Source: Octopus sinensis (taxonomy: Eukaryota). From it: 64,000 nt of DNA. The position numbers and the translations under genes are program-made. The stretch spans positions 132,866,001 to 132,930,000 of the forward strand of contig NC_043000.1 of assembly GCF_006345805.1 (NCBI RefSeq). The letters are read 5' to 3'. The notes under the pieces are model-generated. The model ran no database searches, had not been told where the DNA came from, and saw nothing but the letters and a program-made list of their open reading frames with translations. Below are positions 1 through 13,104 of this stretch, in pieces (within the stretch, counting starts at the first letter, position 1; the number at the start of each line of letters is the position of its first letter).

Positions 1-1677
1 ACAGGAATGTGTGTGTGTGTGTGTCTTTGTTACCCACCACTACTTGACAACTGATGTTGGTGTGTTTATGTCCCTTTAACTTAGCAGTTCAGCAAAAGAA
101 ATTGATAGAATAAGTACCAGGCTTTAAAAAAAAAGAATTAAAATATGTACTGGGTTCAATTCATCTTTCTAAAAATCCTTCAAGGCACTGCCCCAGCGTG
201 GCCACAGTCTAATGATTGAAACAAGAAAAAGATAAAAGATAAAAAGAACATCCTCCTTTTTTATTTTTTGTTTTGTCTTATCCTTTAAAAGAGTTAATAA
301 AAGAGCCATCAGTAATAATAAAATATATTGAAATTTCAATGAAAATCAACTATTCATGCTCACATTCAAACATTAGCTTTGTCAAATAAAATAATGATAT
401 TTCATAGTATAATATGATGCTACAGAATTTAGAAGATATCACTCAAAAGTGATGCAAATATAATCAAATACTAAATACTTGCCATAGCTGTCATGACCGT
501 TTTATCTTCTTCCAAAGCATAAGACAACAAGGAATATATCCAATGTGTAATTACTTCATTTTAAGAAAGTATAGTGTGATTAAATGGATATTTGGTTGCT
601 ATTTCTAGCCAGTTGAGTGACTGCTTTGAGCAGTCATGGGCAAACTGCAACTTGCAGGTCTTTCTGAATAGTATGCCTAAATGAGAAATTACCTTAAATT
701 ATTTTTGGCAGAACAACTCACCTAATGAGGAACCATGTTTCCTGAGACCCACTTCTTGAAAAAGGTTGCCTATGTCTGGCTTAGAGGTTCTCACATTGGC
801 ACATTATCACAGATAATTAGTTCTGTTGGTTTCAAACAAAGAGATAAATAGGGATTTTGACATCCTTGTTTCTCAAGTGCACTAACAAAGTAACTCAGGT
901 GCAATAGTTTCAACATGGGATCAAATATTGTCATAGCATAATACAATAGGACAACATGAAACTCTAGGAGCCAGAATTCAATATAATCTTTCAACAAAAA
1001 CTTGTTAAGTAAGCACCACCAGCAATACTATCTAAACAATGAAAAATATTCCAAAGACTAAACAGAAATTGATCCTTAAGTTGTTTGATTTGCTTATCTC
1101 TCTGCCATTTCCATCCGGTATCTCTTTCTCCCTCTGCCCCCACTCACTCTATCTATCAATCTCTCTTCCTATCAGTCTTTCTTCTTCTCCTGCAATTAAA
1201 ATGTATCTTCCATAAATGTTAATATTGGTGTTATATCAAGAAGACAAGAATGTAAGGTTTCTTCCAATAACAACACTCTAATTTATGATCCATGGTAGCA
1301 GACAATATCTCATCATTTGCAACAAAGATAAGCTTTCTAAAATGAAAGATAAGCAAATAAAGAAAATGGAAACCCTGTTATGATAAACATGCATTAAGAG
1401 CATATTTAGAAGCCCAGTTATAGCCAACCAGACTCAAGTTTAAATAATGTGAAACAATAACTTATCTGTCCATTATTATCTCATCTCCACCAACCCAACC
1501 CAACGCTACCGTATTTCAGCTGAGAAACTGATAAAGAAGGTGGCAGCGAGGAATTTATAAAGAAATTATATTTACGCTTTTAATGATTAATTACCAAAGG
1601 TAAATATAAACCAGGGAACCAAGATTTTGAATGTGCTTGATTTTGTTTCCATTTCAATATTTTCTGCATTTTGTTAT

Positions 1678-1870
1678 TGATGATGATGATGATGATGAGG
1701 AGGAGGAGGGTGACGACGATGACATCAAAGACAATGTTGGTAGTTGTAATGATGATGATGGTGATGGTGCTGGTGGTAATGGTGTTGACAATGATAATGA
1801 TGGCAGTGCTGGCGGTAATGGTGTTGGCGATGATGATGATGGTGGTGGTGATGAAGCTGATGCTAAATAA
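1678..1870. repeat. Degenerate (GAT/GGT)n low-complexity tract
   Basis: Directly visible. It explains the Asp/Gly-rich and Met/Val-rich ORFs. Confidence 0.9.
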
Positions 1871-2724
1871 TGATGTTGCTCATTTTGTTATTGCTACTGT
1901 AACGATGAAGAAACTGAAAATACCAAGCAGGATTCAAAAGCCTAATCAAGTTTAGTGTTGTTGCCATCATTGTTTGTCACTGTCTTACCCAATAGCATTA
2001 ATATTACCACCATCATCATTCCTCACCGTCACCAATGTCACCGCCTACATCATACAGCCTAGGTATATTGCAAGATTGCTTTTCCAACTTAAATTCTGCT
2101 TTTTTCCCTCAATTCATCACATCCTTCATTAGTTTGCCTGTCAGGCCCAATTCCCGATGTCTTCCGTCATTTACCACAATATTTCTAAGTTTTCCCCCCC
2201 ACCTCTCTGCACTAATTGCTGTTAACCATTAGCCTGATGCACTATCTATTAAAAAAATCCATACTCTGCCATTCAGTACTTGATGCCTATACTTCACAAA
2301 CATGAATTCAAATACAGCTCAAACTGTAAAACTGTGCTATATCTACTTCATAACTAAGCAAATGTATTTTGCTTTTGCTTTTTGTTTGTTAATATTAAAT
2401 CTAGACCAAGTAAGATTGATGCAGATGGCCAAGAAAGTAACAAAGCAAATGAGTGCTTTACTCTACCTGATACCCTACTGATTTGAATTGCAATCCTACC
2501 AAGGTCAAATCAGCTTTTCATTTCTTCATGGGCCAACGAAATAACTATCAGTAATGAGGTCAGTTCAACTAGTTATATAAGACTATATAAAAACTAGGCT
2601 ATATGCTGAGCCAACAGACAAAATCAATATTTATGGTGAGACAAATTTGATACCTTGCTTCAAGTTCAAATTCTGGAACTGTCAACTAGCATTTCATCCT
2701 TCTGGGAGTCAATAATATATATTT

Positions 2725-3137
2725 CTTTATTGCCCACAAGGGGCTAAACATAGAGGTGACAAACAAGGACACACAAAGGGATTAAATTGATTACATCGAC
2801 CTCAGTGTGAAACTGGTACTTTATTTATCGACCCCGAAAGGATGAAAGGCAAAGTCGACCTCAGCGGAATTTGAACTCAAAACATAATGACAGACGAAAT
2901 ACCTATGTCTTTACTACCCACAAGGGGCTAAACACAGAGGGGACAAACAAGGACAGACACACGGATTAGGTCTATTACATTGACCTCAGTGCGTAACTGG
3001 TATTTATTTAACCGACCCCGAAAGGATGAAAGGCAAAGTCGACCTCGGCGGAATTTGAACTCAGAACGTAACGACAGACAAAATACCGCTAAGCATTTCA
3101 CCCGGCGCGCTAACATGTCTGCCAGCTCGCTGCCTTC
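2725..3137 (-). mobile_element. SINE family C, two tandem copies (one 5'-truncated)
   Basis: Head GAAGGCAGCGAGCTGGCAG..GAGTTCAAATTCC. The tail ..GTTTAGCCCCTTGTGGG occurs twice (2725-2905, 2905-3137). Confidence 0.8.
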
Positions 3138-3229
3138 AATAATATAACAACAGAAAGCTATTGAATGACTAGAAACAACCCCATATATGTTGTTTCAAAA
3201 CCACTAGCAGACAAACCATACTTTTAACT

Positions 3230-5060
3230 ATGGTATTCACAGATGAATTTTTATGGAGTGCTGTGTGGCAGTTTGGACATAGCCTTTCTTCTGTTCAGTC
3301 TATTTCTGTATGTCTGCTCTGTTCTTACTGCTGGTGGTACATCCCAGACAGTGAGGCTATTGATGTTTCAATTATTTCTGAGTGTATATTTTATATTTCT
3401 GTATGTATATCATTGTAATAGTGACATAAGAGTTTGTATAAGTATTTTGGACTTTGGAGATAGTTGTTTTTGTGGGGCATAGACTGCAGAAGTTGAAGCT
3501 TCCTGTAACAACAAAGCATGCCTTTCACAGGTCTAAGTAGTCTTTTCCTTTTTTGTACTTTTACTTCATTTTCATAGCTGGTCTATGTGTGTGACCCATT
3601 GTAATGTGAAGTGTGCTGTTTTGTGTTCTTTGTTATATATTTTTTGTGGAGATCAAGGGCCTAGGCAGGGATACTAAAATCCATGATAGAGTTAAAGGAT
3701 TGTTTGTATACTAGAGTTTTTCTTTCTTTCTGCTGACCAAATGTAGTAACTGTGAATGTTCTATATACTTCTATATAATTAGTTTCATACTATTTTCAAC
3801 ATGTCTTATGAATGTTATAGAGAAGTTGTATGTAACTCTTAATATTTCTGTTTTATGTCACTGTGGTAGGTTTATGTTAATGATGGTGTTGTGTGGTTGT
3901 ATTTGAGGAATTCTGATGTTATTGGTCAGAAGGAAAACAGCGTATTTGATGGGGTGAGTGACACTAGAATGTTGTTGTGAAGTCAAGTTCTTTAGTGTCT
4001 GATGTGGAAATGGAGTAATTGTGAGGTTGTGTCTGGAGAATAGTGGGAGGTTGTGAGTGTGATATCATTTGTGTGCAAAGCTGTGTGCATATGTATATGT
4101 ATATAGTTGAAATTTACAGAAAAACAAAAGATGAAGACAGGTGTATGAACAACAAGCAGGTGTATTTGTTTGATGCTCAGGCAAGTGAGAAAGTCTTTTA
4201 TGTTTCGAGCCTACGCTCTTCAACATACAGGTATAACTTGAAAAGAGTAAGTAGAAGAGATCTTTGTGATACTCTATTTTAGAGATTGCAAAAGTTGGAA
4301 GTGCTGTTCTTGTACATAGCATGGTTTGGCAACCTGAAAGATGTCTGCCAAACAGAATTTTGTGTTGTTTCTTAAAGAAGTGTTAAACATTCAGTGCATA
4401 AATGAGGGGCCAAGAATGGAATCAATAACTTTGCTTATGTTGATGGTAGTTAGAATGGTGTGCGGTAGGGGTTTTCATTGTTACCAATGCTATCATGTAT
4501 CCTTTGTGTTAGCGTCATGAGTTGTATGGTAGTAGAATGTACTGGTCTGAATCTGTGTAGTGATTTGGAAAGAAGAATGTGGGGGTTAGTGATGTCAAAG
4601 GTGAGTCTTTCTATAATTGCTGAGGGTCTATGTGGTTCTATTATATTTGGATTTTAGATGGTTTTTCAAATTACTATGATTCTACGGTGTTTGGTTGTAT
4701 TGCAATGAGTGGTTGTCAATAACTGATGAGTGCATGCGATTCCTTCAGGCTTTAGGTGCCTTACATGAATGTTTCATTTTGTAAGACTCTGAAAATTTTG
4801 AGGTTTTAGATTTCCAAATAACTTTGTTGTTGTCTGATGAAAGGAAATAATCAAAATCATGGTCTATTTGTAACATGTATTTTTCATCTTATGTTCTTGC
4901 TATCTTCATAAGCTTTTTGGTGGCTGATTTTCACAAACTATTATTACGGGCATTTGTTTGATGTTGGTAGGTGGTTGTGCTGTAGTTTATATTGAATAAA
5001 ATCATTGATCACATTTTTTGGGTAGTTTATTTCTTTATCATTTCTTCATTTAGCTGTTTA
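3230..5060 (-). mobile_element. Old non-LTR retrotransposon RT relic
   Basis: Minus strand about 4380-4560: HRFRPVHSTTIQLMTLTQRIH..TILTTINISKVIDSI (decayed HGFRP.HSTT and LDISKAFD motifs). EERLCPNCH near 3270. Boundaries approximate. Confidence 0.5.
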
Positions 5061-5080
5061 GTAGTATTTACTATTGTGAG

Positions 5081-5463
5081 TGGAGGCGCAATGGCCCAGT
5101 GGTTAGGGCAGCGGACTCGCGGTCATAGGATCGCAGTTTCGATTCCCAGACCGGGTGTTGTGAGTGTTTGTTGAGCGAAAACACCTAAAGCTCCACGAGG
5201 ATCCGGCAGGGGATGGTGGAAAACCCTGCTGTACTCTTTCACCACAACTTTCTCTCACTCTTACTTCCTGTTTCTGTTGTGCCTGTAATGCAAAAGGCCA
5301 GCCTTGTCACACTCTGTGTCACGCTGAATATCCCTGAGAACTACGTTAAGGGTACATGTGTCTGTGGAGTGCTCAGCCACTTGCACGTTAATTTGATGAG
5401 CAGGCTGTTCCGTTGATCGGATCAACTGGAACCCTCGTCGTCGTAAGCGACGGAGTGCCAACA
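5081..5463 (+). mobile_element. tRNA-derived SINE family A
   Basis: A box TGGCCCAGTGG and B box GTTTCGATTCC. TSD ttgtgagt. Homologous copies at 26340-26640 (-) and 62703-63085 (+). Confidence 0.85.
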
Positions 5464-8400
5464 CCTGTTGTGAGTATGCTTGGTGTATTGTGTCTGAGGT
5501 TGTCCCTTAAGACATTAATAAATAATCAAACAGATAAATGTAAGACAAATAGATTCATTTTAGTGCATGATAAATTGGTTGGGGTATTCTAATTAGATGC
5601 CTTTTCTACCCTCAACCCTTTACAGATTGTTCTATCATTTAACCTTGCATGATAAAGAACCCTTTCTGCTCTGCATCACTGTTGATTGAGAATGGCTCTT
5701 GTCATAGATGGCTGACTTTCACTGCAGCTAAATAAGCCATACTCTTTCTGGTTCAGTATTTGAAAACTAAAGGAAGTGAGAGCAAATGATAGTAAGGTAA
5801 ATCATGCAGAAGTTTGCCAATAAAAGGGTAAGCTGCAAAATGGCAATGGGGAAGGGATGAAATAAAATATCTCAATGATCAACCAATAACGGTGTCTTTC
5901 AATGGTTACTAGAAATAGCAGCTGAATCTCTCTCACATCAGTACTAATTGCTTGAAAAATGGAAGGATACATCATATAATATGATCTGACATGCACACAG
6001 CTGGACAGAAAGAGAAGATGGTCACAGCTTGAAAGCTTTTCACTATAGATCTGTTCAATCAGAGTTGATTTCAAACTAAATAACAACCGTAACGACAATC
6101 CACTAAGTTATCAATTAAAAAATCAAAATATCACAGAAAGATGATGAAATACAACAAAAATATAAAAAAATTTATAAAAAACTGGAAGCTTTGAAGCAAA
6201 TGACATTTTGACAGAGACATTACTAGACATGTATGTATTAATACATATTCATGAGAGAATTATATAAAAGACTTCTTACCCAAATGAAAGCCAATTTTAA
6301 AATGGTTGGTTAGAAGATTATGATTCACCTATTCTGACTCAAAAGTTCTCAAAGACTTTATGCAATTAATGCAGGAAGTTATAAATTAAAAGTAATGAAG
6401 TAAATCATTACAATCAGTCGTAACATTAAATAAAATGCAAAGAAATTATATCCTACAAAACTGAAAGAAGCAATGAAAATACAAAAGTTGTAGAGGAATT
6501 TCTGGTGGGCTGGAAAAACATTTTTTTAGACATGATGCAATGTTTAGAAGTTGACACAATTAGGGATGAAATGAAGTCTGTAAACTACCCAGATGTCTTA
6601 GCAAGAAGTAGCAGCTAGGTAACATGGTGAGAGCTTGATGCTGTTTCTAAGTTTACTTTGCAATGTCAAAGTTTTAAGCTCAATTCCAACAGGTGGGTCC
6701 TTGAGCAAATATCTTCTAAAGTAGACTTGGGTTGACCCAAGTCTTATGAGTGAAACTGAATACATAGAATCTGTACAGAAGCATTTTCAGTGGACTGTAT
6801 TTCTAATCAAAAGGGCCAGGCTTGGTCCATGATGATTCTTTTTGAGGATTATATTAAAGAAACAAGTGACTATGGAATACTCAGCCATTTACTTTATAAT
6901 ACAAAGAGCAGATAGATTTATTGCTCAAACAATTCAAAAACTCATCAGTCATGGTCCCACTCATTTCTACTCACATTGTACCTTGAAGGTGCATCCTAAC
7001 ACCTCTTAACCACCATTTTTATCTCTTCCAAGATCCACCCAATCAATCTCGCCACCATCCCTTCTAAAATGTGAGTAGTCATGTAGCTCCTCTACAGCAA
7101 GAAACCTGTTCTATTCTGGTTCTTTTTCCTCATAATTTACCCCTCTCTATTCCTTATCTTCTAATATAAAGTTGCCTCCTTGGAATCTTAACAGATGCTA
7201 ATGGCATGAATAAAAGTTCCAAGTACCAGCTATAAAGTGTAGATGTTAGCAAGGGCATCCAGCTGTAGAATCCTTGCCAAAGCAAACACTGGAGTAAAAT
7301 GCAGTCCTTGAACACATCAAATCCTGTTAAATAGTCCAATCCATGCCAGCATGGAACATTGATGTTAACTGATGATGATGATGATCATCATCATTATTAC
7401 AACTAACACAATCTACTGATATTAAAAGGTTCCCCTTCTTGTGAAAAAGATAGAATGTTTGAAGCATACATAATAGGTGTGATACTGCATAGTAATAAGA
7501 CATCGACACATGAAGAACCAAAAAAGGATCATCTACATGATCAGTTGGCCTGCTAGAAATAGCAAATATCCCTCAAATCATATCCTACTGCTTAAAAAGG
7601 GACACGTTAAATAATGTGGACTTTTGTGCACCATACTGGAGAAAAAGATGGGACGGTCACAGCTGAACTGCTTTAGGCTATGGATTGGCTTTATTAGATC
7701 TGACTTGGAGCTTAAGAGCAACATAGGCACAAAATCTGGATCACCTGAATAGATGTTTCATTGTTTTTGAGATAGTTAGAGAGAGTAGGGTAAGCGCCCA
7801 TAGTCTTTGGAAACTCTCAGACTGGTGATATTGCAACAGATGATATTCAGTTTTAAATTTGGCAATGAAACATTGCCTGAGAAACAGATTAAAAAGACTA
7901 TAGTTCTGGAATGAACTTTGCCTAAGTATTTCCTATATGGTTTACTGAGCAAGAGACAATGTTGATAGAGGAAGGATAAAGGATAAAAGAATCAGATGAG
8001 CTTAGATGAGGGTAGTGTACAGTGAAGCAAGAACCACTGTAGTAAAAGGAAAAACAAAGACAAGATACAGCACATTGCTGAGCTAGTGAAGGTTTACCAA
8101 TCAGTCAGATGGCCTTATGGGTATGGGGAGTCAACCAAGGACATTTATGGGCAGCAGTAGCTCTCTATAGATAGTCTATCACTAGTTATATATTTGTCTT
8201 ATAAAACAAGTCAGCAACTATTCAGAGCTTTAATAGTTTCTAATTCTGCTGAGAACATCTGGATTTCCAGTCACAGCTTTGATTATATTATAGATATTCA
8301 GTTACAATGAAATATCATAAAAGATTGTAGAGCTAGCATTTTTAGGTTTTTTTTTTTCAAGGTTTTAGTTATAAATTGTTCATGAATAGAGAAGTAAATG

Positions 8401-8739
8401 GCTGTGTTTTTGGTGTTTTGAAAGAAATCAGTCTGATATGTTCTCACTGTAGAGGTTTTTTTTTTTTTTTTTACTTTTTTTCAAGTCTTTGTTCATGGAA
8501 GCAGTGTATGTCTGGGGTAATGTATTTGTGTTTTCATTACTTTAAGGTTTTTAGTCAAAGAAGAAAAGACAGCCTCAGTGACTGTTTTCAGGGCATCTGA
8601 GAATAATCAAAAGAAGAAAGTAAGTCCTCTTCAGACCAGAGACCTGGCCATGTAGATGTCCAACGACCAGTTGCAGATGTTAAAATGAATGTCATATGTG
8701 GAAATTTATTGAGAAGTGAAGGTTGAATACTTTGCATAG

Positions 8740-8777
<38 letters not shown>

Positions 8778-10572
8778 TGTGTGTGATTAGAAGTGTTGTT
8801 TATCTTTAGGTCATTACTGAGTTCACCTTTGGTCGAAGGAACTCCAACCTTGAACAATCTGTCTTTCATTCAGACACAGTGTATCTAGAACTATACTATC
8901 CAATGTGACCTTTTGAAACAGATTGTAATTTGTGATTTGAGACAGATTTGATTGTCATTTCTACAGGTCTGGGTGGTCAAGTAGAACATTCTCAATTTAA
9001 GCAGGTCATTTATGTTAAAAGTGTGTAGGCATATCTAAACAATAAAGTGTGTCACACAAAGGTTACTCTGACATATTCATCAATGAAGACATCTAACATG
9101 AAACATCATCATCATCATCGTTTAACATCTGCTTTCCATGCTAGCATGGGTTGGATGATTTGACTGAGGACTGGCGAACCAGACTCCAATCTGATCTGGC
9201 AGAGTTTCTACAGCTGGATGCCCTTCCTAACGCCAAAGAAATGGAAGGTATGTGAAGCTGATAAGCAGGAAACTTTGCAAAGAAGTTCTAAAATTTGGCT
9301 GGTGTCCAGGGCAAGACCCATAGGAGTTCACACCTAACAGATCATCAATGAAGGAAAGAGACTCACATGACAAAGGTAATAACGATTTATGACAGCGAGA
9401 CAGTGTCATATGTTTCTGTTAGATGGGTTGAGGCAGTGACAAATGATCAAGACCTTTGGCAATATGCTGTGCTTGAGAAGAAAACCCATCAAGCCAAGAG
9501 AAATCTAGTTGTGGAAGATACTGGTGTCACACAAACTGGCACCCATGTCAGTGGCATGTAAAAGCACCCACTACACTCTCGGAGTGGTTGGTGTTAGGAA
9601 AGGCATCCAGCTGAAGAAAACATGCCAAATCAGACTAGAATCTGGTGCAGCCTCTCAGCTTACCAATCCTGGTCAAACCATCCAACCAATGCCAGCATGG
9701 ACATCATCATCATTATCATCATCATCGTTTAACATTTGCTTTCCATGCTAGCATGGGTTGGAGGATTTGACTGAGGTCTGGTGAACCAGACTCCAATGGT
9801 TCGCCAGACCTCAGTCAAATCGTCCAACCCATGCTAGCATGGAAAGCGGACGTTAAACGATGATGATGATGATGATGATGTCCATGCTGGCATTGGTTGG
9901 ATGGTTTGACCAGGATTGGTAAATCCTGGTCAATGGATGCTAAATGATGATGACGATGATGAGGGGAGAGATGATGAAGGTGGGAGGGTTTAGGAAGGAT
10001 AGAGAGCATCCTGATAGAATGAATAGCATTTGAAAAAAATTTGTTTCATTGAACTGAAGTGATGAGGTGAACAACCAGGAAAACGATCATATCCTGTTGT
10101 GTTTGTCAGAGTATTTGATCATATCCTATTGCGTTTGTCCAGAGTGAGAATGGAAGCAAACTGGGAAGAAAATATGATGGTTTTATGAGCAATGGAGTAG
10201 AGAAAGAAGTTTAACATTCATTGGATATGCAATATTAAACTTGGGCACACGTGAGATGTTAGTGTTGCTATAAAAGATGACTGCTGTGATATGGATATGG
10301 TGACTCTGTTATCATCATCTTATTCAACTAATATATTTGTATGGCAAATGATTTGTTATTATGAAAAGCTACAGATATGATGGAGATTTAATGGATATTT
10401 TTAAGATTAAGGCTTTGCAGACAATATAGTATTCATGACCAGCAGCATCAAACATAAGAGACCACAGACCATAGAAAAAAATAGAACAAAAACAAAGAGA
10501 AGAAAACAAACTTTATGAATTCCAGAAAGTATGAATTTTTTGCACATTAACTAAGTAGGCCAGTTCATCAAC

Positions 10573-10767
10573 CTACCTTGGATGCTCTCGAAAGGAGGCA
10601 ATGTTGAAAATAATGTAAATAGGACCATGCCTTCTAAAGACTAGAGAGAATGTGATCATCAACATTTGAACAAATTTGTACATCTTCATTTTAATGTCAT
10701 TTCTCCTGCTAAATATGCTGGTGAAAACTAGTAAAGTACCAAGGATGTAGAGACATTTAGAATCCAT
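10573..10767 (-). CDS. 64-aa ORF with signal-peptide-like N terminus and two RR sites
   Basis: MDSKCLYILGTLLVFTSIFS-RR-...-RR-. It lies downstream of the candidate TATA promoter and ends in a donor-like AAG|GTAGGT. It could be a chance AT-rich ORF. Confidence 0.2.
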   Translation of the reverse strand: MDSKCLYILGTLLVFTSIFSRRNDIKMKMYKFVQMLMITFSLVFRRHGPIYIIFNIASFREHPR

Positions 10768-10813
10768 TTTATAAACAAAAATACTTCAGAAGAATTTTAG
10801 ACTAAGAACAAAT

Positions 10814-11042
10814 TTAACCCTTTAGCATTTAAACTGGCCATATCTGGCCAAAAGTATTCTGCCTGTTTTATGTTCAAACTGGCCAGATCTGGTCTCTCAC
10901 ACCAACCCTACAATATCATTTTAAAAATTAACAGCTACCTCATCAAAATCTTATAGCTACAAGATAATGCCTGATTAGTTCAAAGCAATGTAAATGAAAA
11001 CGCATTAATTTTGGCAGAATAATGCGAACACTAAAGGGTTAA
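10814..11042. mobile_element. piggyBac-like TTAA MITE
   Basis: TTAA-CCCTTTAG ... CTAAAGGG-TTAA. Confidence 0.85.
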
Positions 11043-11259
11043 AAGCAAGAAATAACAGATTTGTCTGCATAACTCACAGAATTAACCAACGTTTGGAACA
11101 AATTTAAGTACACAAGTTATGTTTGAGAAGAGAGGAAGAAAGCATAATAAAACAATCCTTTAAGTAAGAAACATACAGAAAAAAGAAGGAAGGAAGGTGA
11201 TAAAAGTAGAGTATGTACTGAACACTCCTACAGGAAGTTTAAAAGGGGGGGGGACCCCG

Positions 11260-11325
11260 TCACGATCCAAAATAGAACTGGCTTAAAATACAAAGTGGAC
11301 AGCGTGACCCTTTATATAGCCCATC
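11260..11325 (-). promoter_or_regulatory. Candidate TATA-box promoter on minus strand
   Basis: CTATATAAAGGG (TATA at 11318-11311), a pyrimidine-rich Inr-like TGTATTTT about 29 nt downstream, retained CpGs with a TGACG half-site, and a downstream donor TCT|GTGAGT at 11078/11077. Confidence 0.3.
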
Positions 11326-11959
11326 AAATATCGTTGGAAGGATATGAGATGAGATAAAATAGTCAGACAGATAGATAAATACTGGGATATGTTTTCTTTT
11401 CATTCATTTTTTTTTAACATATATAACTTGACATGTGCTTCCATTATAATAATGTACACAAACATTCATATATACAACGTAGGTGTCTATCAGTACATGC
11501 AATCACCTTACACAACTGAGAATAAAACAAACACAAAATACTACATGCGTTATTTTATATATGTATATATATGTATATATATATATATATAAACACAAAG
11601 TATATTAGTATACATACATAGATATGACAAATAATTTCTGAGGAACACAAATTATACATACTTCTGTCAGTTGATACATTTTCACAAATATACAATAATA
11701 TTTCATAATATAGACACAGATATATCCAAAGAACTCATGTTTATATATAAACCAACTGTGTATGAGACTAGTTTTCGCGTAACAACAGTAAAATATATAT
11801 TCACCAATAAAACATTAAAGGTTTATTTATACATAAATATGCATGTGTTCAAGTGAATGTTTTAATTGATAATATATTTTGGTCTATCTGCAAATGCTTC
11901 TTGATTCGTATAAAAATATGAAGATATCGTTAGACAAATATTAATTAATTTTTAGCTGT

Positions 11960-12253
11960 GTATGTATGTATGTATGTATGTGTGCGTGTGTGTGTGTGTG
12001 TGTATGAACGTAAGCATCTATGTACACAGTGACCATATACATACATCGATACAAGTTTGCATGCAGATACATAATAATAAATATTTATATATATATAGAA
12101 ACACATATACTGCATATATTAATGTATACACAGAAATATCTTTTTATATACATACGCAGCTTTCTACATTTATAAACATTTCCTCAAAACATGAAATGAT
12201 AGAGAAGTAAGAAGCAGTATTTAAGCTATATGGATTTCAATAAGCAATTACAG

Positions 12254-12303
<50 letters not shown>

Positions 12304-12832
12304 TCTACATACATACCAACGTACATACAGGAGCAATATCGACATATATATAGTAGTGTCTGTGTTGTAGTGTAAACTAATGTGTTCGTGCGTGTGCGTG
12401 TGTGTTCGCGTGTATACATAATAATATACATACATACGCACACACACTAAATTACATTACACAATACACGGTATCACTTCACTCGAAATATACATACTAA
12501 CACGATATACCACATTCATCTCTCTCTTTCTCATACACACACACAAACACATATTCTACATCATATTGTCATACATTCACAAACAAAAACAATACACATT
12601 ATACACACTGTCAAACACTACATTATACACACACGCACATATAAGACAAACACTTAGAACATTTGTACATCACACCAAATCTCATCGGAAGCATACATAC
12701 CCATTCTTCTGCCACACTACATTATGTCTTTATACATACATACATATATATATATAATATATATATATATATATACAAACATATACAGATTTGTATATAT
12801 ACATACACACATATAAACACTCACACTTACAC

Positions 12833-12885
<53 letters not shown>

Positions 12886-12900
12886 GTACACATATGCACA
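11960..12900. repeat. (AT)n/(AC)n microsatellite field
   Basis: Directly visible, e.g. the pure (AT)n run at 12256-12300. Confidence 0.9.
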
Positions 12901-13088
12901 ATGATACGAACACACACATCTATACACAAAGAAGAGAAGACAGATGAAGAATGTAAACAAACAAAAGCCTCGTAGACAGAAATAGACAGTGATGCTGGCA
13001 ATTCCATCCTCTCTATACCATCATCGTCATGATGTTCTTGTGTCAGATCTAACCTAGCATCCTGTCTGAGAAAACAAGAAAGAACACT

Positions 13089-13104
13089 ATGTCACTGCAG
13101 ACAG
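13089..13104 (+). CDS. Candidate first coding exon (MSLQT + 1 nt, phase 1)
   Basis: ATG at 13089 has A at -3 after an A-rich leader and an in-frame upstream stop (TAA 13050). It is followed by a perfect donor, CAG|GTAAGT, at 13104/13105. Flanking non-repetitive DNA (12940-13700) retains CpGs. Confidence 0.5.

Noticed and set aside
1631-1955. Asp/Gly-rich and Met/Val-rich ORFs
   Set aside because: Translations of a decayed (GAT/GGT)n tract; no splice or codon support.
4195-4228. GAGC-GTAG-GCTC-GAAAC Penelope-type end
   Set aside because: The CUGANGA core is missing; a decayed repeat end only.
5081-5160. tRNA gene candidates at SINE heads
   Set aside because: A/B boxes are present, but there is no cloverleaf acceptor stem, and each continues into SINE body; not tRNA genes.
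8552-8619. Exon-like segment with AAA|GTAAGT donor
   Set aside because: Ambiguous frame and no phase-compatible partner exon found.
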